A model generated the notes under the pieces. It saw nothing but the letters and a program-made list of their open reading frames with translations, searched no databases and had not been told where the DNA came from. A stretch of DNA of 64,000 bases from Paraspadella gotoi (taxonomy: Eukaryota; Animalia; Chaetognatha): assembly GCA_051294375.1 (NCBI GenBank), contig CM119264.1, positions 21,795,582 to 21,859,581 of the forward strand. The letters run 5' to 3'. Each line of letters starts with the position of its first letter. Positions within the stretch are counted from its first letter, which is position 1. Both the position numbers and the translations under genes were made by a program. Shown here in pieces: positions 1 through 11,111 of the stretch.

Positions 1-175
1 TCATCTAATTTAGTCTAATAAATAAAAACAATTACTAATCTTGCACTTCACTAAATCAGCAGCCATCAAGTTTTTTTGGCAACACTTTAGAAATACTAAG
101 CCTTCATGAATCTATCTTACTCTAAAAATTATAACGAACATGAACGGGAATTTTCGATTGCACAATTTAACGAAC

Positions 176-716
176 CTGGACGAAACTGTCCAACTCCTCA
201 GTAACTCCAACGACGAGATACTTGGAGGCGAGGTTTCTTTTGGCTTCCTCTAACGCCCACGCATTGCCAGGCTGCCAACAATCTACCTCGTGACCGCAGA
301 AAAACGGGATCTGAAATATTTTTGGTATTTTGCTAAAAATTGAGCACAATTGCTTGGAAGGAATATGAATATTTAGGAGTTAGTCAATTACTGCTCAACG
401 TAGATATTAGATAAATTTTCGTTACTTTTTTTTAAAATTACTGAGCAGAATAAGTAAAGGAAAAAAATCAATTTTCGTTTTTCGAAGTCGAAAAAAACTA
501 CTGTAGCAAAATTAATAAATAATGAAAGTGATTTAGTAGCTTGCTCGGAACCGATGTGGGCAGGAATTTGAGCGTTATAATTTTAGCGTTTAGAGAATTG
601 ACAAAGTTTTTGTTTGCAACGATTTTATTTAATTTGAACAGACATGTTTCGACTTGCTTTACAAGCCTTCATCAGCGTTTTGACAGTTTGATTTGAAATT
701 TGTGCATAAGAAGGGG

Positions 717-775
<59 letters not shown>

Positions 776-2493
776 GAGAGAGAGAGAGAAGACAGGGATA
801 AATAAATGATACATTGTGGGCAATGTACAACAAAGATAAATGCTTTGAAAAACTAAAAAATTAGTAAAATTTAACAATTATCTAATTGATAAATAGTTAA
901 CTAAGGGATAGAAAAATGAAAATGAAATTTGTGAAAATGAAATGTGAGAATTTTTAAGTGTTAAGTAAGTGATTATAAAGAGAAATTTAATTTTAGCGTT
1001 AAAAATCAAAAGCTGATTGGCAACTCCTTCAAAACAACATTCCACAGTCATGGTTTAATTCTTGCGGTTTTCTTCTATCTGGATATAGTAGAACTAAAAT
1101 ACCTGAAAATTTATATTGAAAATAATTCATAATTTTAACTTAACAATTTTAAAAATTATTTTAGAAAACGAAAAAAACAATTGTTTATTTTTCAATTTTT
1201 CAGCGCTAATGAAGACTCGCAAGAGTCGAGACATGTCCGATTGTCCATTTTCTTAAAAATAAACATCTGTTGTGATGTAATATCACTATCCGTTGGATAC
1301 GACTGTTCCTTCCATCAGCGACGTAATAGCGCAGTGGGCTCACGCTTCATCTCCGAACCTAATGGTCCCGGGTTCTAGCCCTGGTCGGAACAGTTCTTGC
1401 AAAAAGAGTGACGGGCCGGTTAGACCACCAGTAGCAAGCCTACCGCCGGATCCGAAGTTCCGGAAAGCAAGGCAACTGACAATTTTTTTTTTTCGTTTTC
1501 TAATTCTGAAACTGAACGAAATGAAAGGATTTACACAGAGTCGCGTCTAAAATTATTTTATAATACCGACATGGGACGTTCACACGACGTTCTATTTACT
1601 ACTGAAAATTTTAAATTTTTATTTTAGACAGAGAGGCAGACAGATAGTGGTGGACAGACAGATACAATAAAACCAACAAACCATAAAATCCAACAAATAA
1701 AACAACCAATCAAGCATTTCATCCACCCTTCCCAAAAGACGAACCTGCAACCAGAGGTTTTCCGCGGCACAGTCGGGTCCCGACTTTTTAACGCAATCGT
1801 CAAAGGTCTCTCGGTCGCCCATCCTCTTCCTCTTGAGGTAGGGCCGAAAGTCGTCGCCGTTACGCAGAAAGTAATAATACGAGACGAGGCGGTCGAGCGG
1901 CCGGCGAATCAAATTAATGTAGACGGGCTTCTCGGCGACGGCAAACCGGCCAAAGTCAAGGAAGGCGACGTGGCCGTGATAGATGGCGGGTTTCTTGGCC
2001 GTCCAGTTCGTCACGTTGTAGACGAAGCGGACCTGGTCAGGTAGAGAGAGAGTGTGCCAATTGCGGGTCACGTTGACGTGGAGGACGTTAAAGGCGTTCC
2101 GCCGGCAGAGGTCGTAGGCGACCCCGACAAAGGAGGTGGAGGCGGTTTTGGGTACGCGATTGTAGATGACGACGAGGTTGTCGGGGGAAGAGGTAAGCGG
2201 GAGGACTAACGGGCGGAGAATGTTTCATAAAAAGGCGGGCGATGGAGAAGAGTATTGACAAAATAGAGTTTTCATTACCGTTTAAGCGTCGTCTGGCCGC
2301 CTCCAGGTTCTCGATTTGGAGACGAGCCACCGCGGATTCGATTTTGATCTTCGCTTTTTCCAAACGAGAAATATCAGAGTGAAGATGGAGTAATACGAAA
2401 ACCGTTAAGACGATCGCTAACGCTAAGCCCGCTGAAGAAATAAACAACAGGGGAAAAAAATAATAAGTAACTTAAAACAGATTGGCGTCTCAT
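176..2493 (-). CDS. HS2ST1: Heparan sulfate 2-O-sulfotransferase (multi-exon, 3' end runs off the left edge of the window)
   Basis: Spliced translation gives MRRQSVLTGLALAIVLTVFVLL (type II membrane anchor), VVIYNRVPKTASTSF (PAPS-binding loop), IYHGHVAFLDF, YINLIRRPLDRLVSYYYFLRNGDD, LWLQ|IPFFCGH and YLVVGVTEEL. Introns are GT-AG. Confidence 0.93.
637..679 (-). ncRNA. Minimal type I hammerhead ribozyme motif
   Basis: Minus strand reads AACG-CUGAUGA-A-GGCUUG(UAAAG)CAAGUC-GAAAC-AU-GUC^UGUU. Core is intact and stem III is the palindrome ACAUGU. Confidence 0.8.
714..790. repeat. (GA)n microsatellite
   Basis: Imperfect GA dinucleotide run seen directly. Confidence 0.95.
1203..1240 (+). pseudogene. 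Degenerate minimal hammerhead
   Basis: CTAATGA-A-GACTC(GCAA)GAGTC-GAGAC-ATGTC has the same architecture as the intact copies but two core substitutions. Confidence 0.6.
1318..1493 (+). mobile_element. tRNA-derived SINE-like or Pol III element
   Basis: A-box TAGCGCAGTGG (1327-1337), B-box-like GGTTCTAGCCC (1371-1381), GC-rich body ending in a T run. No convincing full cloverleaf. Confidence 0.55.
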
Positions 2494-2776
2494 AGCCAAG
2501 TCACAGAGAAGGCGAACCTAATGCTTGTGGACTTCGAAACTGCATGATCGGACCGCGACGAAGACAAGGAATGGAAAGGGGACTCATGTCACGACGTTTT
2601 TCGCCATCGTCAGGAAAATTTGGCTCCTTTAATTTCCAGGACAGCGTCGATGAAAAGTTTAGTAAAAGAAATTTCGATTGGGAAGTGTTGAGTAGTCGTC
2701 GGCATTCCAACATGAAGAGCCATGTTGAGGACTTTCGTCCCACCGATGTTGCGAATACTTGGATTGTCAATCGCAA

Positions 2777-3073
2777 ATATTCATACTTAAAGCAGTAAAA
2801 GAAGTACTGTCAAAAATTTATGTTAAAGATAAATTTAAGTTTTTGGTCCCTTTTTAATACGCAAAATTGCTAGAAAAACAAGAAACAAGAGCGCAGCAAA
2901 AAGAGGACTCTCAAGAAAGAGATCTGATTGGTCTAAAAAGCTGAGTCACAGAGAAAAGAAACAAACCTTATTGGTTAATACAGTTTAGGTTAGGCTGCTT
3001 ATTCGACGCCATTGGTTCAAAATTCCTTCCATCCTTTAGCAATGTTACTCATCCTCAATTTTTTAAAGCAACT
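2777..3073. promoter_or_regulatory. Probable bidirectional promoter between HS2ST and MOB3
   Basis: Head-to-head ATGs about 580 nt apart, with three ATTGG (CCAAT) boxes near 2927, 2970 and 3011. Confidence 0.5.
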
Positions 3074-5105
3074 ATGGCCGCATTAAGCAGCATTTCGAGT
3101 ATTTTTTCAAAAGAAAAGGTATTATTCAATAATATTATAAGAGCGGGGCTCAGAATCTATCGCTTACATTATTTTTTTCTAAATTAATTAAACGACAAAA
3201 GCTAGTATTAAATAACAGTAAAATTTAAGAAGGTTATGTTTCTCCTCCACCTGTTAAGACGTTTCGACCAAAGAAAAAATTCGAACCGGGTACGCTTCGG
3301 TACAACCTTCACAAGCAGGCGCAAGCAACGCTCAATTCTGGAATAGATTTAAAAAGTGCTGTCAAACTCCCTTCTAATGAGGGATATAATGACTGGTTGG
3401 CTGTGCATGGTAAGCGCCCTAATATTAGTGGTAGGCAATCACTCAAAATTATAATAATCAATTCTTTTTTCACCAGTCGTGGACTTCTTTAATCGAATTA
3501 ATTTGGTGAGTTAATGTAATATAAAGTAAGAATTAAGTTTGTATAATTTACGGTTTACTTTTACCGACCAGAACCGAACTGGTCGGTTATTTTTCATTTC
3601 GCATATATAATAAAAATTATATTTTTTTTTATTGTTGTATCGAACCCCCGTAAGGTTTGGTTAAGGGTATTTGGGTTGTTACAGTTATGGGTAGTTAGGG
3701 TTACGGGTAATTAGGGTTAGAGGTTAAGGGTAATTACTAATTAGTATAATGAGTAGTTAGGGATTATTAAGGTGAGGGGTGGTTAATAGAGCGTAGTGAA
3801 AGTTACGTACGGAAATTCTAAAAGTCAATTATGAACAACGGAGCATCAGTGATCACTAATTTGTAAAAAAAAATTATTTTATGTTTTTTTTAATTTTCGC
3901 AGTAGGCTATATTTATATATAGTACTATCCTTTAAAGGAAAAACTTGTTAAACAACGCCGATGAAGGCTTGCACAAAAATAAATCGTTACTGAAACATTA
4001 AACAAGTTTTTCCTTTAAATCTACAAACGTAACGAAAAGAAAGGATCATATAGCAAAGTACTATGCTTATAAAATCGGAAAATTTCAAAATAGGCTTTTC
4101 TTAATTTTTATTGCAGATTTGAATTCCCCGTCAAAAGTCACACATGTTTTCTGAAGAGTTTTAACCAGGCCTCAGGGGTTTAAAATCAAAAATTCCCTCG
4201 ATAGTTCCATTTGTATAGCCTAAGTCTACTTTCATGCCAAATCTTATCAAATTTGATCATGTAGTTTTTGCGGAACCGATTCTCGGCTCGAAAAACGGTG
4301 TATCATTTTCTCATTTGAAGCATTCTGTAATAATATTTAGTAAATATCTCCCGTTTCAGATCTATGGAACCGTGTGCGACTTTTGCACCAATGAGTCGTG
4401 TCCTATCATGTCTGGCGGTCCCAAGTAAATACGAATAGTAGAATCACTCTTATATCCTCACCAATTATGTAGAACCTTTTATCTCTACCCAGATACGAGT
4501 ACATGTGGTGTGATGGACCTAACGGAAACTACAGGAAACCGACTCCTTTGCCTGCGCCAGTGTATATAAATCTACTCATGGATTGGATAGAAGAACAAAT
4601 CAACAACGAATCCCTTTTCCCCGGTACATTTTCCTTGATGGCTGCCCACAAAAATTGCTATGGGTTTTTGCAAAATTTGTTGCTGTATTTAACATCGAAA
4701 CGTCGAAATAAAATAAAATTTCATGAAATTCATCTTATTCTTGAATTTCAGTTCGAGTTGACGTTCCATTCCCCAATAATTTCTTGCCGACATGCAAGAA
4801 GATTCTGACCCGTCTCTTTCGAGTTTTCGTTCACGTCTACATTCATCACTTCGACAAGCTGGTGGCTATCGGGGCCGAGGCTCATGTCAATACCTGTTAC
4901 AAGCATTTCTTCTACTTCGTCACTGAATATAGTTTAGTGGAGAAAAGGGAACTGGAACCTTTGGTGAGATGAATATGCAAATGACGAAAAGTTGAAAGTT
5001 ATGAAATTGTGTAACTTTTTTTTATTACAGAGAGAAATGACGGAGCGATTAATCCATAAAAATCGACAAAGTACGAGTAGCACTGAGGGAGACTCCGGCC
5101 GTTGA
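3074..5105 (+). CDS. MOB3: MOB kinase activator 3-like (7 exons)
   Basis: Spliced: [15 protein letters not shown]|[28 protein letters not shown]...DWLAVH|[10 protein letters not shown]|IYGTVCDFC...CPIMSGGP...[14 protein letters not shown]...[12 protein letters not shown]...ELEPL|REMTERL. Confidence 0.93.
3787..4138 (+). mobile_element. hAT-type MITE family A, partial copy interrupted by a Penelope-like insertion
   Basis: Starts TAGAGCGTAGTGAAAGTTAC and is homologous to 15935-16539 and 51456-51986. Confidence 0.75.
3933..4057. mobile_element. Short Penelope-like inverted-repeat insertion with a decayed hammerhead
   Basis: Inverted arms TTTAAAGGAAAAACTTGTT / AACAAGTTTTTCCTTTAAA, a CCGATGAAGGCTTG remnant, and flanking near-duplicate AGTACTATCCTT / AGTACTATGCTT. 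The tail resembles 10928-10960. Confidence 0.55.
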
Positions 5106-5965
5106 TTTGGCCGAAAATGACTAATTCTCCTAAGATGCGAATCTTTGACGAAATCCTTTTTTTTTCCGAAGGCCTGAATACGACAGAGATTGTAGCGCGG
5201 CATATTCGCATCCTCGCTAACTTAATCTTCATCGCTAAATTGCTCTTTTTGCACACATGCCATCATATTATTGGGCACATTTTTTTTTGTTTCACCAAAA
5301 CCTGTCATTGCATTCCCCCCGATCTCTCCTATCGTTTTCATTCGTTATTACTCTACGAGGTCTCAAGGGATTTTTGTTGCATGCGTGTTAAAGGAGCTGA
5401 CGGAGGGGAACTCAAGTGTGACGAACAATATAGCTCATTGGTTGCTGTAACTGACAGCTTTTCTTTAATCTTAAAAAGGTCGCTAAAACTATTAAATAAC
5501 TGATAAAGTCAGTTTATGCTAAAAATCTGATTGGTTTAGCAAAGTAAAGTGACCCCTTTTTAAGAATAAATTGGTACTCATATTCATATTAAAGGTTTTG
5601 ACTTTTGTTTTCGCTTTTATATTAAATGCAGTTTTCACAAAACAAGTGTTTTATATGGATATTTATTTTACAAATCCGTTGGACGACAGCAAGGCTGTAT
5701 TTAATCGGGTAATCATTACTAACAGTCTTTATCTCAATTATACCTATAAAGATGTGATTTCCGGGAATAAAATTGTTAGTCAAGTCATCCATTTGTTATT
5801 TCAATCTTGGCTTTGAATGCATAATTTTTACTGACAGTGACCATAAAATATAAATCATGTAAATTTCATAAAAAATAGATTTTTTGGAAAGAATTTTAAA
5901 ACATAAAAATTAGCATAGACGTACGTAGAACAAGATAAAGCTGAGTTTAACCTAGTCATGAATCC

Positions 5966-8900
5966 TCATCTAGACGGAGCTTCCAACTCCAGGTCCAGCA
6001 GTATCTGTCCCATGGCCTTTCCTTGAGGATCGACCCTGAGCGATGCAATTCCTCCTCCTCCCAACACCTCCTTGAGCACGAAGTTGAGCCCGTGAATCCC
6101 GGGAACTTTAAATCTGTCGACATGGGATTCAGCAGAAGCAGATGGAGGAAAGAAGTGATGGAAGTGGTCGAAGACCCTTTCGGCGGTCAGTTGGCGGCAG
6201 AGTTCGGGGTAAAATTCGGGAGAACGCGCCACGACGCCAATATTGACATTGTCGCCCTTGTCGCCGCTCCGTGCGCAAGCCACGGAAGCAAGAGTGACGG
6301 TGACGCCCGAGAAACGCTGTGTTGTCTCTATTGCAGAAATTTGTATAATTAAACTGATAGAATTACGTCTACAACAAACAACAATAGTAAGGTAACTCTC
6401 AAAGTATAGATCATCTATGAACAGTTATTTCACAAAAAGTGCTTCAGTACCACCCCAATTTATTTTTAGTTATTTTCTCCCAGGTTATTTAAACGTTAAG
6501 TATTCTTCTCGATTTAAAATTAAATAAAATACCTGCGTCCGTGTCATCCAAATCATTCGCTACGTTATGAGCCGCGAAGTTGGCCTCGTCGTAGTGCACT
6601 TGATCTTCGTCTTCGTGAAACAGACTCTCCTTCCATTCGCTGTCCACGTAAATATCGACGTTTACGTCTTTTTTTGCCCACAAAAACGAGTAGAGACGAA
6701 GTACGGGTGACGCCTTAATTGTAATTGTAATTAATTAATTGTAATTCCTAATCATGCTTCAAAAAATAAAATCCCTAAGAGACCTTCGGTCTGCCGCCGA
6801 CCATTCCACAAAGCCCAGGTGCCATTCCAGTGCCGGCAGGCGCCACCTCACGCGCTAAGATTTCTAGCGCCTGCTTCTGCCGGTGGCGCACAGCCAGCCA
6901 GAGTACTACTTCTCTACTGGCCAATTCTGAAGCTCTTGCCTACGCGTCAATTACAATATGAAAAAAATGTGAAAATTAAATACATTTGCCCCCCCAAAAA
7001 ATCATAATACAAAATTAAGATTTACAAACTTTTTGTCCGTACATGTCCCCTGCTCCGTGAACTTGAATTTCAGTGGCTGTGAAATCCTCTAACCCAAGTG
7101 TACGAAAAACTACACGTGCCCGCCTTAAAATAGCGTCGGCCGTGGCCCGCGCTTTTTCGCGTGCATCTCCGCCGGCGACCGGGCACACGGCCGTGAGTTT
7201 GAAACCATCATGGTAGGTGGCGCAGACTTTAAAATTCGGCGGAGGTCGGAGTCCTTTAGCTCCTCTAAATATATAAGGAAGTTAACAATACTCATCGTCA
7301 AGAGCCTTTTTCACTTTAATCACTTTAGTTTTTGATCGCATTATGTTATGAATTCATTGACGGAAATTCACCTGACTTCGACCACATCGTCTTCAATTTG
7401 TTTAAACGTAACTTGACTAAAATCGCATGTGACGTCAGGAAGAACGTAGCGTCTGATAATTACAAAATATTTATTAAATGAATGGATATTTTTTTCTCAG
7501 GCTTATATAAATAATAATATTTTATGTTATAATAATTTAAACAGGTCATATATTTTGAAAAAAGATTTAAAATTTTAAATAATTCATTTTTGACACTTTT
7601 AATTGAAGCAAGGCTGGGCAGCTTACTTTTTATGTTAGAGCTTTCGTAAGTATATCATTCTCATTGTCAATGCTTATCTTAACTGATCAATATAAAATTT
7701 TAACACATAAATAGTTCACTCAACTAATTTTTAAAATCAATGAAATAACCGCTTATAAAATTGACACCATGTACTTAATGACATATATTTTTTTTAAATT
7801 TATATTTTCTTTCATCAACTTAAATCTTCTCAGAATTTAAAAAAACTTTTTAAATTTTATTATTATATACAAAACAAACTAACTGGGCTACTATATTTGT
7901 AAAAAAAATAACTACAGATTTACACTCACTAATATGTTAATTTGTAAAATATAACTGCTAAATTTAGATTCTAAACTTTCACTTCACCCTTCTATGTAGT
8001 ATTCCCCGATCTAATACTTAAGGGAGTGGTTTTTTCATACAATAGAAACATTCTTTGAAATATTATGCCACTTCATTGATAGGGAAGCCAGGTACTCTGA
8101 GAGTGAATAAACGAGACTGAGAGTCTTGATTGAAAGCTATGTCATTATGATTATCTTGAAAGAGTGATGGAAGCCTCAATCCACTATAGCCTGTCCAAAG
8201 TCAGGGGCAAAATAACTTATTTATTAAATGAATGAATAATTTTTATATTACTATTATTAGTTGTACCAATTTCGAAGCCTCCTCTCTGATTGGTCAATCA
8301 GAAGAAAAGACGAAGAAGCCAAGAGAGACAAGACACTTGATAATCAATTCTCTGCGTTGTTTATAAACTCATCTAAAATATAAATCATAAATATAAATAA
8401 TAATAATAATCATAAATATAAATCAAAGGATTAAAGCAACAATATTGTAACATCAGAACGTCAACCGGAGACGGCGGAAAGATTCGTAACTTTAAATTAT
8501 TGCCAAATTTCTTTTTAGTTTATGCACGTCCGAAAGGTAAATTTTAACAAAAAGGTTAAATTCCAAATGACTACAAAAAAATAAACATTAACCTAATACC
8601 AATAAAACTTTTAATGCTGATTTTTATCTTTTTTCGTCTTGGTAAATGTACAGTTGGTAGTAACATGAACATTTTTATTGCTCTTTTTCTATCTTTTCTT
8701 CTCTCTACCAACCTTGGATCCCCAATTTCGTAGAGCATCTGTTCCTTCGCCGTCATAACCGTGACGGCGCCGCCGGTGCCCTTTGGTTTCGTAAGGACGA
8801 AGGCGCCGTCGGATTTCACTTCGACGATTGGAAATCCTATAGAATCCCAGGACGGCGCCGTCGAGCGCCAGTCGGTAAGAATACCCCCTGTCGCCTGATA

Positions 8901-10168
8901 TGTAGAAACATGAAGATTAAACTTATAAAAAATTAGCCAGTTATCGAAGTGCAACAGGAAATGTTAACCTGAGCTCCGCATTCGACCAAATGCCCAGCGA
9001 GACTGCCGGCGGCGAGAAGGTCCAACTGCTCGTGTTTCCAGCCGAACCTGGAAGATTTAGATTTAAAAACCGTTTTGTCATCGCAACAAGGGCTTTACGG
9101 TTTAAACCTATGAATTAGCGGCCCGAGAACAAGAGCCGAGTCGACGCATCGACCCGTTATGACAACGTCGGCGCCCAAATCCAACGCTTTCGCCACAGGA
9201 AAAGCGCCCAAGTAGGCATTCAATGACGTCACCAGTGATGAGTCGGGAAATGGTGCTCCTTCAAAGAAAGAAAATGCTAGTATTTTTGTAAACGAGCTTA
9301 TTTAAACTTAAAACCTCTTTGTTCAAAATACATTTTAATGGATAGCTAATTTTTCATTAAAAAATTCAACTTTTTAAAAAGTATAAAAAAAGGCAAATAA
9401 TACATGCAAAAAAGCCTTACCGGAATACATTTCCTTCACTGAATCCAAGATATATTTATTTTCCGGTTTTGTCAAAGACAACAAGTCGTCCCCTTCCACA
9501 ACGGCAAGCTAAAACGTACATATAAATACCTCAAACCATATTCATAATTCAAAAACAATGTACGGGTAGTCTAATATATTCATCTTTTCCATAATTGGCC
9601 ATCAAAATAACCTTAAGCGGAATGTTAGCGGCCTTGGCGACGGCCGCCAGTTCCTGGGCACAGGCGTGAGGATTGACTCCTCCACAGTTGGCGACCACCT
9701 ACATAACAACAATGACGGGAATTCGATCGCTCGTCTCCGCCTCTACGCATCGTCATTCGTTACCTTGACGTTTTTCTCAGAGATCGATTTGAGGTGGGAC
9801 TTCATGACGAAATGGACGAAGTCGGGAGCAAAACCGGCCTTTTCAGGAGACTAAAACGAAGGGTTTCTTTACTCTTTAAGACGGAGCAGCGACCAGGGAT
9901 TCAAAAGCGAAGTCTTCCGTTCACCTTTTGCTTGGCCGCTGTCAGCAACGACATGGTGATTTCCGAGAGATAATCGAAAACGAGAAAGTCGACAGCGCCC
10001 TTGTGGATCAATTGAGGAGCCGCGACGGCGGTGTCGCCCCAAAACCCAGAAGCACAACCGATCCGCACCGAGTCGCTGCGAAAGGCGGAATTTAGAAATT
10101 CAAACAAAAGATCTCGTAAACCATGTTAGGGCCAATCGTTTTCGAATAACCTGGACGTCGAAAGACAT
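5966..10168 (-). CDS. AtuA/DUF1446-family (acyclic terpene utilization-like) protein, multi-exon
   Basis: VRIGCASGFWGD, DFLVFDYLSEITMSLL, ADVVITGRCVDSALVLGP, HLVECGAQ|ATGG, EQMLYEIGDP, ARSGDKGDNVNIGV, LGGGGIASLRVDPQGK. Introns are canonical. Confidence 0.88.
8100..8273 (+). repeat. Dispersed intronic repeat family C
   Basis: AATAAACGAGACTGAGAG...GTCCAAAGTCAGGGGCAA...GTTGTACCAATTTC recurs at 19513-19650 and 24245-24382, and inverted at ~45473-45550. Confidence 0.75.
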
Positions 10169-10746
10169 CGCGCTTGGGAGAGCGAGAATTTTTTTCGGTC
10201 GGAAACTCTTGCGCTTCTCAAGAAAGATCGAGAGACTTTGCTAGGAACAGTACATCCGTTTTTCAATCTCAGGGTCATTTCGTGACAAATCTAGAAAACT
10301 AAAACTATGTCGTACTTTCTTTCAAATCAAGAAAATAATCAATTATTAAAAATAGAAAATCAGATCTTTTTATTAATGATCGTTAAAAAAGAATTCAACA
10401 ATTAACAAGAAAAAACGTGGTTAAAACAACGTGGAATGTTTAAGAATAAAGAAACAGGTAACAATTTGGTAAATTATTCTTCGTATATTGAGTCGGAACA
10501 TGGTCTGAAACAACGATATTGTCTGTATTATGTAGTAATATCACTCCAGATTGAAGACCATGTATTAATGTATAATGCATACAAAAGTTGACAAATTCTA
10601 TTGCTAAGCGATTGTACACTCCAAAGACTAAGACGCTCATTTGCAATACATAAACGTCAGATTAAAAAAAGTAAAGTAATTGTAATATCAGCTTTAAGAT
10701 AAGTTGCCCCTCATGATTTTATCTAAATATTATAGAAATAAAATCA

Positions 10747-10960
10747 GTTAGAAGAGGTTGAAATTAATTTTCAACAACGGTTTATTTTATTTATAACGGA
10801 CATGTTTCGGCTTAGCTACAAGCCTTCATCAGCGTTAAAGCTAAGGCTTGTAGCTAAGCCGAAACATTTCCGTTATTAATGAAATAAAACGTTGTTGAAA
10901 ATTAATTTCAAACTCTTCTAATTGTTATTACACAACGAAACGAGAGGATTATACCACAAG
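10747..10960. mobile_element. Penelope-like insertion: ~80-bp inverted arms plus tail, 12-bp TSD
   Basis: Arms ~10747-10825 and ~10843-10923 are reverse complements. GAAATAAAATCA is duplicated at 10735-10746 and 10961-10972. Confidence 0.75.
10794..10837 (-). ncRNA. Minimal type I hammerhead ribozyme motif
   Basis: UAACG-CUGAUGA-A-GGCUU(GUAGCU)AAGCC-GAAAC-AU-GUC^CGUUA: 5-bp stem I, 5-bp stem II, palindromic stem III. Confidence 0.85.
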
Positions 10961-11111
10961 GAAATAAAATCAAATTGAATGAATTACTTATATTTACTAC
11001 AGTAAAGCTTTTTATCCCAAACATTATAAAGGGTGAACATTTTAAAACTAATCATGTCCCAACAATACATGTATTTAATCTAATATTGATGAACCAAAAA
11101 GACGGTTCTTC

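Larger units (their letters stand above)
591..987 (-). mobile_element. Penelope-like retroelement remnant carrying a minimal hammerhead and a (GA)n tract, in an HS2ST intron
   Basis: Flanked by a 13-bp direct repeat TAATTTTAGCGTT (578-590 and 988-1000). Hammerhead motif followed by AATAAA on the minus strand. Confidence 0.65.

Noticed and set aside
1321-1395. Functional tRNA gene
   Set aside because: Acceptor and anticodon stems do not pair convincingly and the B-box is altered.
3655-3785. TTAGGG-like tracts (also ~21700-21757 and ~51515-51540) as telomere or interstitial telomere
   Set aside because: Short, degenerate and embedded in transposon-like sequence.
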